Shown: positions 28,601-36,144 of the stretch, one piece after another
Layout: each line of letters opens with the position of its first letter
Numbering within the stretch: position 1 is the stretch's first letter
From: Deltaproteobacteria bacterium
GTDB lineage: Bacteria; Myxococcota_A; Polyangia; Polyangiales; Polyangiaceae
Reading direction: 5' to 3'
DNA length: 64,000 nt
Assembly (NCBI GenBank): GCA_016875405.1
Contig: VGRJ01000016.1
Coordinates: 1,128-65,127 of the forward strand
The notes under the pieces: model-generated
The model's database searches: none
Told to the model about the DNA's origin: nothing
Seen by the model: only the letters and a program-made list of their open reading frames with translations
Program-made: the position numbers and the translations under genes

Positions 28601-29961
28601 TCGGGCTCGGGGTCGAGGGGAACCCGACGGCGACTGCCCCGCGCCTCTCGATGAGCTTCGACGCCGGTGAGGCCCCACCGCGCGACGCGACGGCGCTTCG
28701 CGTCCACGCCCACACGGCCGCGTTGACCTCGGTCCTCGCGCGACTTGACGGCGATCATGCGTCTGCAGCAAACGTCGCGCGCCGTGCGCTCGCGAGCTAC
28801 GTGACGGGCGCGCGCCTCGGCGACGACGTGATGGTCCCGAGCGACCCCTCCGCGGAGGCGTGGCCGCGCGACGCGGGCACGGTCCTCGCGCTCGCCGCGC
28901 AGCAGGCCGTCGAGGCGGGCGAGCCCTTCCTCGCCGGCTCGCTCCTCGCCCTGCTCCCGCGCGCGCTCGGCGAGAAGGCCACGGACGCCGACGTGCTGCG
29001 GCTGACGCGACACCTCCCTTCCACGCTCGATGGGGTCGATGAGCTCGTTCCCACCTTGCGGCGCGCGACGCAGACCATGACGACCGTCGCGGCGCCGCTC
29101 GCGTGCACCGAGGCCTCCGGCGAGGCTCCCAAGGTCGAGCGCGTGAGCTGCGAGGACTACCCGCTCGCCCTCGCCCTTCGAATCGCCGGGGTGTCGCCGA
29201 AGCTCCCGAGGCTCGCCGCAGCAAAGTCGCCCGAGTCGCCGACCTGCGCAGCCTACCGCACGCTCGACGCGTTCCTCGGCTCGGTTCATCCCGGAGGCTA
29301 CGACCCTGAGAGCTTCGTCCGCGCCGTCGGCTCCCTTCGGGGGGTCGGAAGGCTCGGCGATGCCGCCGCGATCCTGGGTCAGCATCGCCTGTCCACGCAC
29401 TGCACCCCCGCGATCGTCGATCATGCGCGGGCGCTGGGGCGCGAGGCGTCGCTCGGCGTCTACCTGCGCGCCGACGTCCTCAGCGCTGCGGTGGTGTGCG
29501 GGCGCGACGACGCGGTCGCGGCGGATCTCGTGCTGCTCGACGACCTGACGTCGCGACATCCCGTCCCGCTCCGAAGCTTCGAGGTGCTCGCGGCGGCGCT
29601 CGAGGGGGCGCGAGCTGGCTCGCCGGGAGCGCTCCTCGCGATCACCTCGCGCACCGACTTCCTCGCGCGCTGGCGACGCGTGAGCCCCGATCTCGGCGCG
29701 CTCGCGCTCCTGGCAAAGACGGCGGCCGAGCGACTCGCACCCGAGCGGCCGAGCGACGACACGACCGCCGCGAGCTACGCGCTCCTTTGCAGCTCTTTCC
29801 CCGCCGCCGCGCGCACCTCGCTCTGCAACACGGTGAGCCTGCTCCGCTCGGGCCCGACCACAGCGGCTGCGACGACCGCCGCCTTGGACGAGCTCGTCGC
29901 GGCGACCAAAGCGGTGCTCGCCTCACAAAAGCCGCGCGGCGTCGGACGACCGAGCCCCTGA
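25663..29961 (+). CDS. Giant (~1430 aa) Ala/Leu/Arg-rich lipoprotein, no recognisable domain
   Basis: The uninterrupted ORF has strong GC3 bias throughout. ATG at 25663 gives MRLRFVAFLAAVLGSLIGCAP (lipobox LIGC); ATG 25645 is the alternative. Composition is mostly helical. Paired Cys residues occur near both ends. Confidence 0.75.
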   Translation: MRLRFVAFLAAVLGSLIGCAPRVSSTATAVRACAGPTARTCEGRAIAEVMREGVAPEVRRQRLRRELSKLDESLPRAAFGPFFDSLVRASTTTVVVRLDGAPCAPCAGVAKTAPAGALSVMDGPPELVASSPEPWRLLAALARAAEIETLVIVDGPSAQLIFARDPLRPFMAGASPHVRVAVASLSRALALSQFVTQALEAAGRRDYPTTAERAEELRLMLATGDEDEATVRARDAVAALELAGVTLERPTAMTETEPARALPTWSPSSAYAALGLVRAHGREHPDLFARYRPLFERELEAARFAVLERRYSSAPPCVDSPPLPFDQPEDLIGLPLLAEALDPKAGPGRAPRPGKLALTDWLGRYEAALRLVEREHLGWHAHTPLLGERGGGAGFAVEGSDSWRRTTALADAHARALEHLSLRHPARFAPFSLGALALMPGVAADPALRRTIAESFAAALGRKLRAAPDTESLLTAILLAGVMAMNAPGYVQGAELSAVATTLDARLEGDLANARGWSAGMLHAGRALARLALGVPRPFEDLGPALDRALAGEDLRYPVFGDLTRVAVAYASLAASDKLDLTIANPRLYSTERSAARERLATTLRRLDPAGPSSPLDEDLLLSLTDYGDALLGVVVGSMREPQASTATCEGKPKSRSAPVRDALDRAQKKRRLLERVPAMRESGGSWSRRARLVALLLSDLHDLVEPPSKPDAPRFSLPTSDAERIVAEAFAGWLEGPAIEAGASLYKLARAVVSGSGVPSGAALLADGKRAVAALGRLFGDGKQTSLFRFVSEALDSPAVVADLTRDALTGRSSEVFVTLAARAYATGLVEQGDVLLLVASAISGAREGSAPESAIALAEKYDRTVALPLVARSATVQGGRDPARLERSYQRATRGVCRAPEASGIFDVERALGDFRRGDRRGAVQRLLALLDRNEAEGLVVPRQTFSYRETSGRVVFKLDLGSALAVDLLDSPGILNLGLGVEGNPTATAPRLSMSFDAGEAPPRDATALRVHAHTAALTSVLARLDGDHASAANVARRALASYVTGARLGDDVMVPSDPSAEAWPRDAGTVLALAAQQAVEAGEPFLAGSLLALLPRALGEKATDADVLRLTRHLPSTLDGVDELVPTLRRATQTMTTVAAPLACTEASGEAPKVERVSCEDYPLALALRIAGVSPKLPRLAAAKSPESPTCAAYRTLDAFLGSVHPGGYDPESFVRAVGSLRGVGRLGDAAAILGQHRLSTHCTPAIVDHARALGREASLGVYLRADVLSAAVVCGRDDAVAADLVLLDDLTSRHPVPLRSFEVLAAALEGARAGSPGALLAITSRTDFLARWRRVSPDLGALALLAKTAAERLAPERPSDDTTAASYALLCSSFPAAARTSLCNTVSLLRSGPTTAAATTAALDELVAATKAVLASQKPRGVGRPSP

Positions 29962-29983
29962 AGCCGACGAGCGCGCCGCCCGC

Positions 29984-31171
29984 TCAGTGGATCTTCGAGC
30001 GCTGCTGGTGCGGCACGCGCGTCGCATCGGTTCCATCCGCGGCGTCCGGTCCGAGCAGCGTCCCGCACATCGTGTCGCAGAGGTAGGCCGGCCCCTTGAG
30101 CTTCGTCCCGGCGAGCGACTTGCCTTCGCAGACGCATTTGCCGTCCCGCTTCAAATCGAGCGCGCGCTTCATCTGCTCGGTCGTAAAGCCCGCGAGCCGC
30201 TCGACCTCGCGCCAGCTGACCCCGTCCTTCACCTGCTTCGAGGTGAGCGGCTCGTTCGAGGCGCCGTCTGGATTCGCGCAGCAGCGGAAGCTGAGGAAGT
30301 AGTAATAAAAATCCTCGGCGTGCGTGTAGACCTTGGGGCGGCACTGATTCCGCACGCCGCTGTACCAAGGGCCACCGGTGTTGACCGCCGCGTACTTCGC
30401 CTTCGGCGCCTCGCCCGCGCAGACCTCGTCCGCGTTGCCGGGCATGTCCTCGACTCCGAAGTCGCTGACGCACCCCTGAGTGCCGCTCGGGACCCCCTTC
30501 CAGAGGCGCGCGAGCTCCTTCGAATCCCGCTTCGCGACGCGCTTCATGTCGGGCGCGTCCCACTCGTGGTCGCCATTGCAGCGCTGGGGATCTCGGGTGA
30601 ACCCGTGGGGGAAGGGCTTCATCTGTGGCCCCTCGCACGCGAAGCTCCACTCGGACTCCGTGCACATGCGCTTGCCCATCGCGGCGCACTTCACCTGCGC
30701 CTGATAGAACGTGTTCATCACCTCGGGCCGCACACCTTTTCGGTTCGGCCACTCGTAGCGGTCGATGCAGTAGCGCTTCTTGATGCGCTGACCGACGCAC
30801 TTCGCCTCGGGGGCGAACTGCTCGCACACGACCTTGCGATTTTGCGGCGCGTACCACTCGAGCAGGCACTTGTGCTCGACCTCGGTGCAGTACTCGCCCT
30901 CAATGGGCACCATCCCCGCCGGGCACGAGCCGTTCGCGTCGACCTCCTTCGCGCCGGCGGGCGGAGCCTGCACGGGAGCCGCGCTCGCAGAGGATGACGA
31001 GACCGGAAGAAGCATTGACGCGCTCGCGCTCGGCGGCGGCAGCGCGGAGCCGGTGGACGACGGTGGAGCGGCCGGGACGCTCGCGACGACGGGAGGCGCG
31101 GCCGCGCAGGCGGCGAGCACGACGAGGAACGCGACCGAGAGCGGAATCGAAGCGGCGGACGGGGCCTTCAT
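29984..31171 (-). CDS. FGE-sulfatase (SUMF1/formylglycine-generating-enzyme-like) domain lipoprotein
   Basis: Signal and lipobox: VAFLVVLAACAA. A Ser/Pro/Ala linker follows. FGE-like blocks: CPAGMVPIEG.., YCIDRYEWPN, MCTESEWSFACEG, GVEDMPGNADEV and FLSFRCCA. Confidence 0.85.
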   Translation of the reverse strand: MKAPSAASIPLSVAFLVVLAACAAAPPVVASVPAAPPSSTGSALPPPSASASMLLPVSSSSASAAPVQAPPAGAKEVDANGSCPAGMVPIEGEYCTEVEHKCLLEWYAPQNRKVVCEQFAPEAKCVGQRIKKRYCIDRYEWPNRKGVRPEVMNTFYQAQVKCAAMGKRMCTESEWSFACEGPQMKPFPHGFTRDPQRCNGDHEWDAPDMKRVAKRDSKELARLWKGVPSGTQGCVSDFGVEDMPGNADEVCAGEAPKAKYAAVNTGGPWYSGVRNQCRPKVYTHAEDFYYYFLSFRCCANPDGASNEPLTSKQVKDGVSWREVERLAGFTTEQMKRALDLKRDGKCVCEGKSLAGTKLKGPAYLCDTMCGTLLGPDAADGTDATRVPHQQRSKIH

Positions 31172-31238
31172 CTCGTGCGAGACCTAGCCACGCCGGTCGG
31201 CGGAGGACAAGTTCAGGGCGCCGGTGGCGACGGTGAGC

Positions 31239-32342
31239 TCAGCGCGGCGCGCCGACGGTGGGCGACGTGCCGTAGGTGAGCGGGTAGCCGCGACGAATCC
31301 ATTCGAAGATGCCCTCGTCGATCACCGCGGTGTTCTGGAAGCCCCGGCCGCGCAGCGAATCCATGACGCGCCCGGAAGCCGCGTGCGGGCAGCCGCAGTA
31401 GGCAAGGATCCACGTGCCGTCCTGGGGCAGCTTCGCCGACATGCGCTCGGGGTCGTAGTAGGGCACCGGCAGCGCGCCGGGGATGTGCGAGTTCAGCCAC
31501 TCGGAGGTCGGCCGCGCGTCGAGGATCACCATCTTCGCGCCCTTCGCGAGCGCGTCCTTCACCGCCTCGGCGGGGACGTAGCGTCCTTCTCGGAGGGGCG
31601 GGAACTCCGGGTTCGGGCCTCCTGGGTTGATGACCGCCGACTCGAACGTCGGCGGGAGCTCTCCGCGAGGCGCGGTCGGGACATTGCGCGTGAGCGAGCG
31701 CAGGAACGCCGTCACGTCGTCGATCGCCTTCGGCGCGAGCTCTCCCTCGAAGGCCGGCATCGGCGTGCCGCTGCGCCCGCGACGAATGGCGTGACGCAGG
31801 TAACCGTCGCTGGCGCTCATCAGGAACACCGGGTTTGCGAGGCTCAAGGCGCTGTCCCCCTCGGCGCGACCGCCGTGGCAGCTCGCGCAGCGCTCGGCGA
31901 ACACCTGGGCGCCTGCGTCGATGTCGCCCCGCACCGGCCCCGGGTCGAGCGCGACCGGCGCGACGGTCTGGAGGCTTCGGAGGTAGAGGACGAGCTTGAC
32001 CTCCTCCTCGTGCGAGAGCGGCCCGCCAAAGCGCTTGCCGTAGGCCGCCATCGGCGTACCGGGGCGTCCTTGATCGATCGCAATCATCAAGAACCCGTCC
32101 GACGCGCTGCTCAAGAACTCCGAGTTCGACAGCTGATTCGCGTCGTCCGAGGCGTAGCCCTTGCCGCCCTCGGCGTGGCAGAGCTTGCAATAACGGTCGT
32201 AGAGCTCACGCCCCTCGCCGACCACACCGCCGTCGGGCATGGGCTCGACGACCGGGGCCTCCGGGACGCTGACGTCTGCCCGCGGGCCGCAACCGACAAG
32301 GAGCAAAATCGCGAAAAACCAGCCCCAATACCGCCCACTCAC
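31239..32342 (-). CDS. Dihaem c-type cytochrome fused to a C-terminal rhodanese domain, lipoprotein
   Basis: The GTG start gives MSGRYWGWFFAILLLVGCGP. There are two CxxCH motifs (CKLCHAEGG, CASCHGGRA), each followed by GTPM(A/P)A(Y/F). Rhodanese blocks: VILDARPTSEWLNSHIPGAL and Cys loop AYCGCPHAASGR. Confidence 0.85.
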   Translation of the reverse strand: MSGRYWGWFFAILLLVGCGPRADVSVPEAPVVEPMPDGGVVGEGRELYDRYCKLCHAEGGKGYASDDANQLSNSEFLSSASDGFLMIAIDQGRPGTPMAAYGKRFGGPLSHEEEVKLVLYLRSLQTVAPVALDPGPVRGDIDAGAQVFAERCASCHGGRAEGDSALSLANPVFLMSASDGYLRHAIRRGRSGTPMPAFEGELAPKAIDDVTAFLRSLTRNVPTAPRGELPPTFESAVINPGGPNPEFPPLREGRYVPAEAVKDALAKGAKMVILDARPTSEWLNSHIPGALPVPYYDPERMSAKLPQDGTWILAYCGCPHAASGRVMDSLRGRGFQNTAVIDEGIFEWIRRGYPLTYGTSPTVGAPR

Positions 32343-32369
32343 GCGGAAGAAGCTAGCCTCGACGGCGAC

Positions 32370-32864
32370 TCAGCGCCAGCAAGACGCGAGGCGCGGGAGC
32401 GGTGAGGCCGCGGCCACCTTCGCGAGCCCAGGGCCGAGCGCAGGCTGCGTCGTGATAGGGCCCGCCACGAGCGGACGACGTCGGCGCGGCACCGGCGCGG
32501 TGAAGGTCGCGAGCCAACGGTCGAGGCGGTCACGCTCCTCGGTCCGCAAGTCGAGCAGCTCGAGCCCCATGCCCACGCCGGGCGTCTCGTCGGTCGCGCC
32601 GCGCGCCGTCATGACGCGCGCTACCGACGCAAACACCTGGAGCTCGACCTCGCCGCCATCGGCCGGCGTGAAGCACACCACGACGATCTCCCCCGCCCGC
32701 ACGGGCTCGGCGGTCTGAAGCCACATCCCCGCGACGGAGAGATCGGTCGCGCGATAGCGCAACACCTCGTCGCTGCGAGGTGCCACGAGCTCGCAGCCGA
32801 GCGAGACCGCGCGCCGGATCGACCGGCGCGAGCCCTGAGGAGTCGACGCTTGCCAGGTGCTCAT
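32370..32864 (-). CDS. PilZ-domain protein (c-di-GMP receptor family)
   Basis: RRSIRR (RxxxR) is followed by ATDLSVAGMWL (D/NxSxxG) and a beta-barrel-like remainder. It lies 27 bp upstream of the cytochrome-rhodanese gene. Confidence 0.8.
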   Translation of the reverse strand: MSTWQASTPQGSRRSIRRAVSLGCELVAPRSDEVLRYRATDLSVAGMWLQTAEPVRAGEIVVVCFTPADGGEVELQVFASVARVMTARGATDETPGVGMGLELLDLRTEERDRLDRWLATFTAPVPRRRRPLVAGPITTQPALGPGLAKVAAASPLPRLASCWR

Positions 32865-32964
32865 GGAGCGGATCGTTCAATGCGCCGACCGAGACGGCCA
32901 ACTTGTTCACCCGCGCGCTCGCCACGAGAGGGGCGTTCCAGCATCACGCAAGGTCGACTAAGCC

Positions 32965-33699
32965 TTGGGGTGCGTGGCGCGAACCTCGACCTCGAAGGGC
33001 CTCCCGGGCGACCTCACCCGCCGACTGCGCGCGGCGATCCCCGAGCCTTACTGCGAGCTCGAGCACGCGAACGCTTGGCAGCTCCTCGTCGCGACGATCC
33101 TGAGCGCGCAGAGCACGGACAAGACCATCAACCGCGTGACCCCTGCCCTCTTCGCGCGCTGGCCCGGACCTCACGAGCTCGCGAAGGCGGAGCTCGCCGA
33201 CCTCGAAGAGGCGGTCCGACCGACCGGCTTCTTCCGAAACAAGGCGAAGGCGATCCAGGGCGCCGCGCGGTCCATCGTGGCCGAGTTCGGCGGCGAGGTT
33301 CCCCGCACGCTCGACGAGCTCACGCGCCTCCCCGGCGTCGCGCGCAAGACCGCCAACGTGGTGCTCGGGACCGCCTTCGGGCTCGCGAGCGGGATCGCCG
33401 TCGACACCCACGTCGGTCGGGTCGCTCGCCGCCTCGGGCTCACCGACGCCACCGATCCCGAGAAGGTAGAGCGCGCCCTGTGCGAGGCGCTGCCGCGCGA
33501 AGACTGGACCGCCGACGGCCACCGCCTCCTGCTCCACGGGCGCTACGTGTGCCTCGCGCGCGGACCTCGCTGCGACGTCTGTCCGCTCCACGAGCCTTGC
33601 CCCTCCCGCGAGGCGACGGCAGCGCGCCCATGGGAGGAGCGCGCCGAGGCGGAGCGGGCCACCGTCGAGTCGCGGGGTGCGACGCCGCTGCCTTCGTGA
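32965..33699 (+). CDS. nth: Endonuclease III (DNA glycosylase/AP lyase)
   Basis: LLVATILSAQSTD, HhH-GPD (LPGVARKTANVVLG, DTHV) and the 4Fe-4S cluster loop CLARGPRCDVCPLHEPC. The start is TTG 32965 or GTG 32974. Confidence 0.9.
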   Translation: MGCVARTSTSKGLPGDLTRRLRAAIPEPYCELEHANAWQLLVATILSAQSTDKTINRVTPALFARWPGPHELAKAELADLEEAVRPTGFFRNKAKAIQGAARSIVAEFGGEVPRTLDELTRLPGVARKTANVVLGTAFGLASGIAVDTHVGRVARRLGLTDATDPEKVERALCEALPREDWTADGHRLLLHGRYVCLARGPRCDVCPLHEPCPSREATAARPWEERAEAERATVESRGATPLPS

Positions 33700-33776
33700 G
33701 GGATGAGGGCTCCGCCCGAGGGAAGCCCGAGGGAGGCGCGACGGGGCGCCCCAGCCGATGCTAGGCTGCGCGCGCC

Positions 33777-36056
33777 ATGCAGAACTTCATCCGCGACATC
33801 ATCGAAGCGGACCTCGAGAGCGGCAAGCACACGACCGTCGTCACCCGCTTCCCGCCGGAGCCGAACGGCTACCTCCACATCGGTCACGCGAAGGCGATCT
33901 GCGTCGATTTCGGCCTCGCCCAGGCCTTTGGGGGGCGCTGCCACCTGCGGATGGACGACACGAACCCGGACGCCGAGGACGTCGAGTACGTCGAAGCGAT
34001 TCAGCGCGACGTCCGCTGGTTGGGTTTCGAGTGGGGCGAACCCATGTACTTCGCCTCGGACTACTACGAGCGCCTCTACGAGCACGCGGTCCACCTGATC
34101 CGCATCGGCAAGGCCTACGTCTGCAGCCTCACCGAGGACGCGATGCGCGAGCACCGCGGCAGCCTCACCGAGCCGGGCAAGCCGAGCCCGTACCGCTCTC
34201 GCAGCGTCGAAGAGAACCTCGACCTCTTCGCGCGAATGCGCGCCGGAGAGTTCGCCGAGGGGGCGCACGTCGTCCGGCTCAGGGGCGACATGGCGGCCGC
34301 CAACATGAAGCTCCGAGACCCAGCGATTTACCGCATCAAGCGCGCACCGCACTACCGGACCGGCGACGCTTGGTGCATCTACCCGCTCTACGACTACACC
34401 CACTGCCTGAGCGACGCATTCGAAGGGATCACGCACTCGATCTGTACCCTGGAGTTCGAGAACAACCGCGACCTCTACGACTGGGTCCTCGCGCAGTACG
34501 AGGTCTCGGACGTCGCCTCACCCGGCACCGTCCCTTGCCGCCCGCGCCAGATCGAATTTGCGCGCCTGAACCTCACCTACACCATGATGAGCAAGCGCAA
34601 GCTGCTGCAGCTCGTCGAGGAGAAGCGCGTCCAAGGCTGGGACGACCCGCGCATGCCCACGCTCGCCGGCATGCGTCGCCGCGGCTTTACGCCCGAGTCG
34701 ATCCGGGCCTTCTGCGACCTCATCGGCGTCGCCAAGAACAACAGCCTCGTCGACGTCGGCAAGCTCGAGTTTTGCATCCGAGACGACCTCAACCGCCGCG
34801 CGCCTCGCGCGATGTGCGTCCTCGACCCGCTCGAGGTCGAGCTCGTCGACTTGCCCGTGGCGCTCTCGAGCCTCGCCGCCCCGTCGTTCCCGGCCGAGCT
34901 CGAGCTCGACGGGACCCGCCGCCTACCGGTCTCCGAGCGGGTGTTCGTCGAGCGCGAAGACTTCGCGGATCCGCCTCCGGCGCGCTGGCATCGGCTGTCG
35001 CCAGGCGCCGTCGTTCGGCTGCGCCACCTAGGGCTCGTGCGCTGCGAGGAGGTCGAGCGAGGGGCCGACGGCGCGGTGCAGAAGCTGCGGTGTCGTTACC
35101 TCGGGGCCGACGAGGCCACCGCGGGCACGAAGGCGAAGGGCACCCTCCACTGGGTGAGCGCACAGGATGCGCTCGACATCGAGGTTCGGATCTACGATCG
35201 GCTGTTCGACGTCGAGGAGCCCGAGTCTCTCGACCAGCTGAACCCGCGCTCGCTCGTCGTAATCTCGAACGCCAAGCTCGAGCCGAGCGTCGCCGGCGCC
35301 GTCGCGGGCGCCTCGTTCCAGTTCGAGCGGCACGGGTATTTCTGCGTCGATCCGGACTCGTCGACCGAGCGCCTCGTGTTCAACCGAACGGTCACGCTGC
35401 GCGATGGCTGGGCCAAGGAAGAACCCCGCGCGCGCGAACATGACGCACGCCCCGAGAGCCGCGAGGCCACACGGCCGGAGGAGCAGACGCGCGCTCCGTC
35501 GGTGGCGGATCTTGAAGGCCCGGTGCGTGCCCGCGCCGAGGCCCTGGTCTCCGCGCACGGCGTCTCGGAGGCGGTCGCGATCGTCCTCGCGAGCGACGCG
35601 ACGCTCCTCGACTTGGTCGAAGCCGCATTCACCGCGGGCGCGAGCGGCAAGGCGGCGACGCTCGTCGCGAACCTGGTCGCGGGCGACCTGCGCGCGCGGC
35701 TCTCGGGGACCCGCGGCCCGCTCGGCTTTGGCGGCCGTGAGCTCGCGGAGCTCGGTGGGCTCGTCGCCGCCGGCACGGTGACCGGCGCCGTGGCGCGGGA
35801 GGTGCTTGGTCGCCTCGTCGAGAAGGGGGGCTCCCCCGCCGACCTCGTCCGAGAGCTGGGCGCCACGACGCTCGGGCAGGACGCCCTCGTGCTGCTCATC
35901 GACGAGGTCCTGGCCGCTCACCCCGACGAGGTCGCCCGGTACCGGGCAGGAAAGACGGCCCTCCTCGGTTTTTTCGTGGGCCAACTGATGCGCCGCGCTC
36001 GCGGCAAGGCCGACGCGAAGGCGGCCGAGGAGCTGCTGCGAGAGCGCCTCGGCTGA
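33777..36056 (+). CDS. glnS: Glutamine--tRNA ligase with appended C-terminal YqeY/GatB-like domain
   Basis: TRFPPEPNGYLHIGHAK (HIGH), TYTMMSKRKL (MSK) and GlnRS beta-barrel domains. About 200 extra C-terminal residues end in ..HPDEVARYRAGKTALLGFFVGQLMRRARGKADAKAAEELLRERLG, which looks GatB_YqeY-like. Confidence 0.93.
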   Translation: MQNFIRDIIEADLESGKHTTVVTRFPPEPNGYLHIGHAKAICVDFGLAQAFGGRCHLRMDDTNPDAEDVEYVEAIQRDVRWLGFEWGEPMYFASDYYERLYEHAVHLIRIGKAYVCSLTEDAMREHRGSLTEPGKPSPYRSRSVEENLDLFARMRAGEFAEGAHVVRLRGDMAAANMKLRDPAIYRIKRAPHYRTGDAWCIYPLYDYTHCLSDAFEGITHSICTLEFENNRDLYDWVLAQYEVSDVASPGTVPCRPRQIEFARLNLTYTMMSKRKLLQLVEEKRVQGWDDPRMPTLAGMRRRGFTPESIRAFCDLIGVAKNNSLVDVGKLEFCIRDDLNRRAPRAMCVLDPLEVELVDLPVALSSLAAPSFPAELELDGTRRLPVSERVFVEREDFADPPPARWHRLSPGAVVRLRHLGLVRCEEVERGADGAVQKLRCRYLGADEATAGTKAKGTLHWVSAQDALDIEVRIYDRLFDVEEPESLDQLNPRSLVVISNAKLEPSVAGAVAGASFQFERHGYFCVDPDSSTERLVFNRTVTLRDGWAKEEPRAREHDARPESREATRPEEQTRAPSVADLEGPVRARAEALVSAHGVSEAVAIVLASDATLLDLVEAAFTAGASGKAATLVANLVAGDLRARLSGTRGPLGFGGRELAELGGLVAAGTVTGAVAREVLGRLVEKGGSPADLVRELGATTLGQDALVLLIDEVLAAHPDEVARYRAGKTALLGFFVGQLMRRARGKADAKAAEELLRERLG

Positions 36057-36123
36057 GGCGCGAGCCCAGGACCACTCGAAAAACCGCCGCGCAGGTGGCT
36101 CTCGGCTTGCGCGAAACGCGCTC

Positions 36124-36142
36124 TGCCCGATAAAATCGGGCA
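36124..36142 (+). promoter_or_regulatory. Perfect 8-bp stem / 3-nt loop hairpin ending 2 nt before the ATG of the next gene
   Basis: tgcccgat aaa atcgggca spans 36124-36142; the ATG is at 36145. No obvious Shine-Dalgarno lies outside the stem. Confidence 0.3.
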
Positions 36143-36144
36143 AC

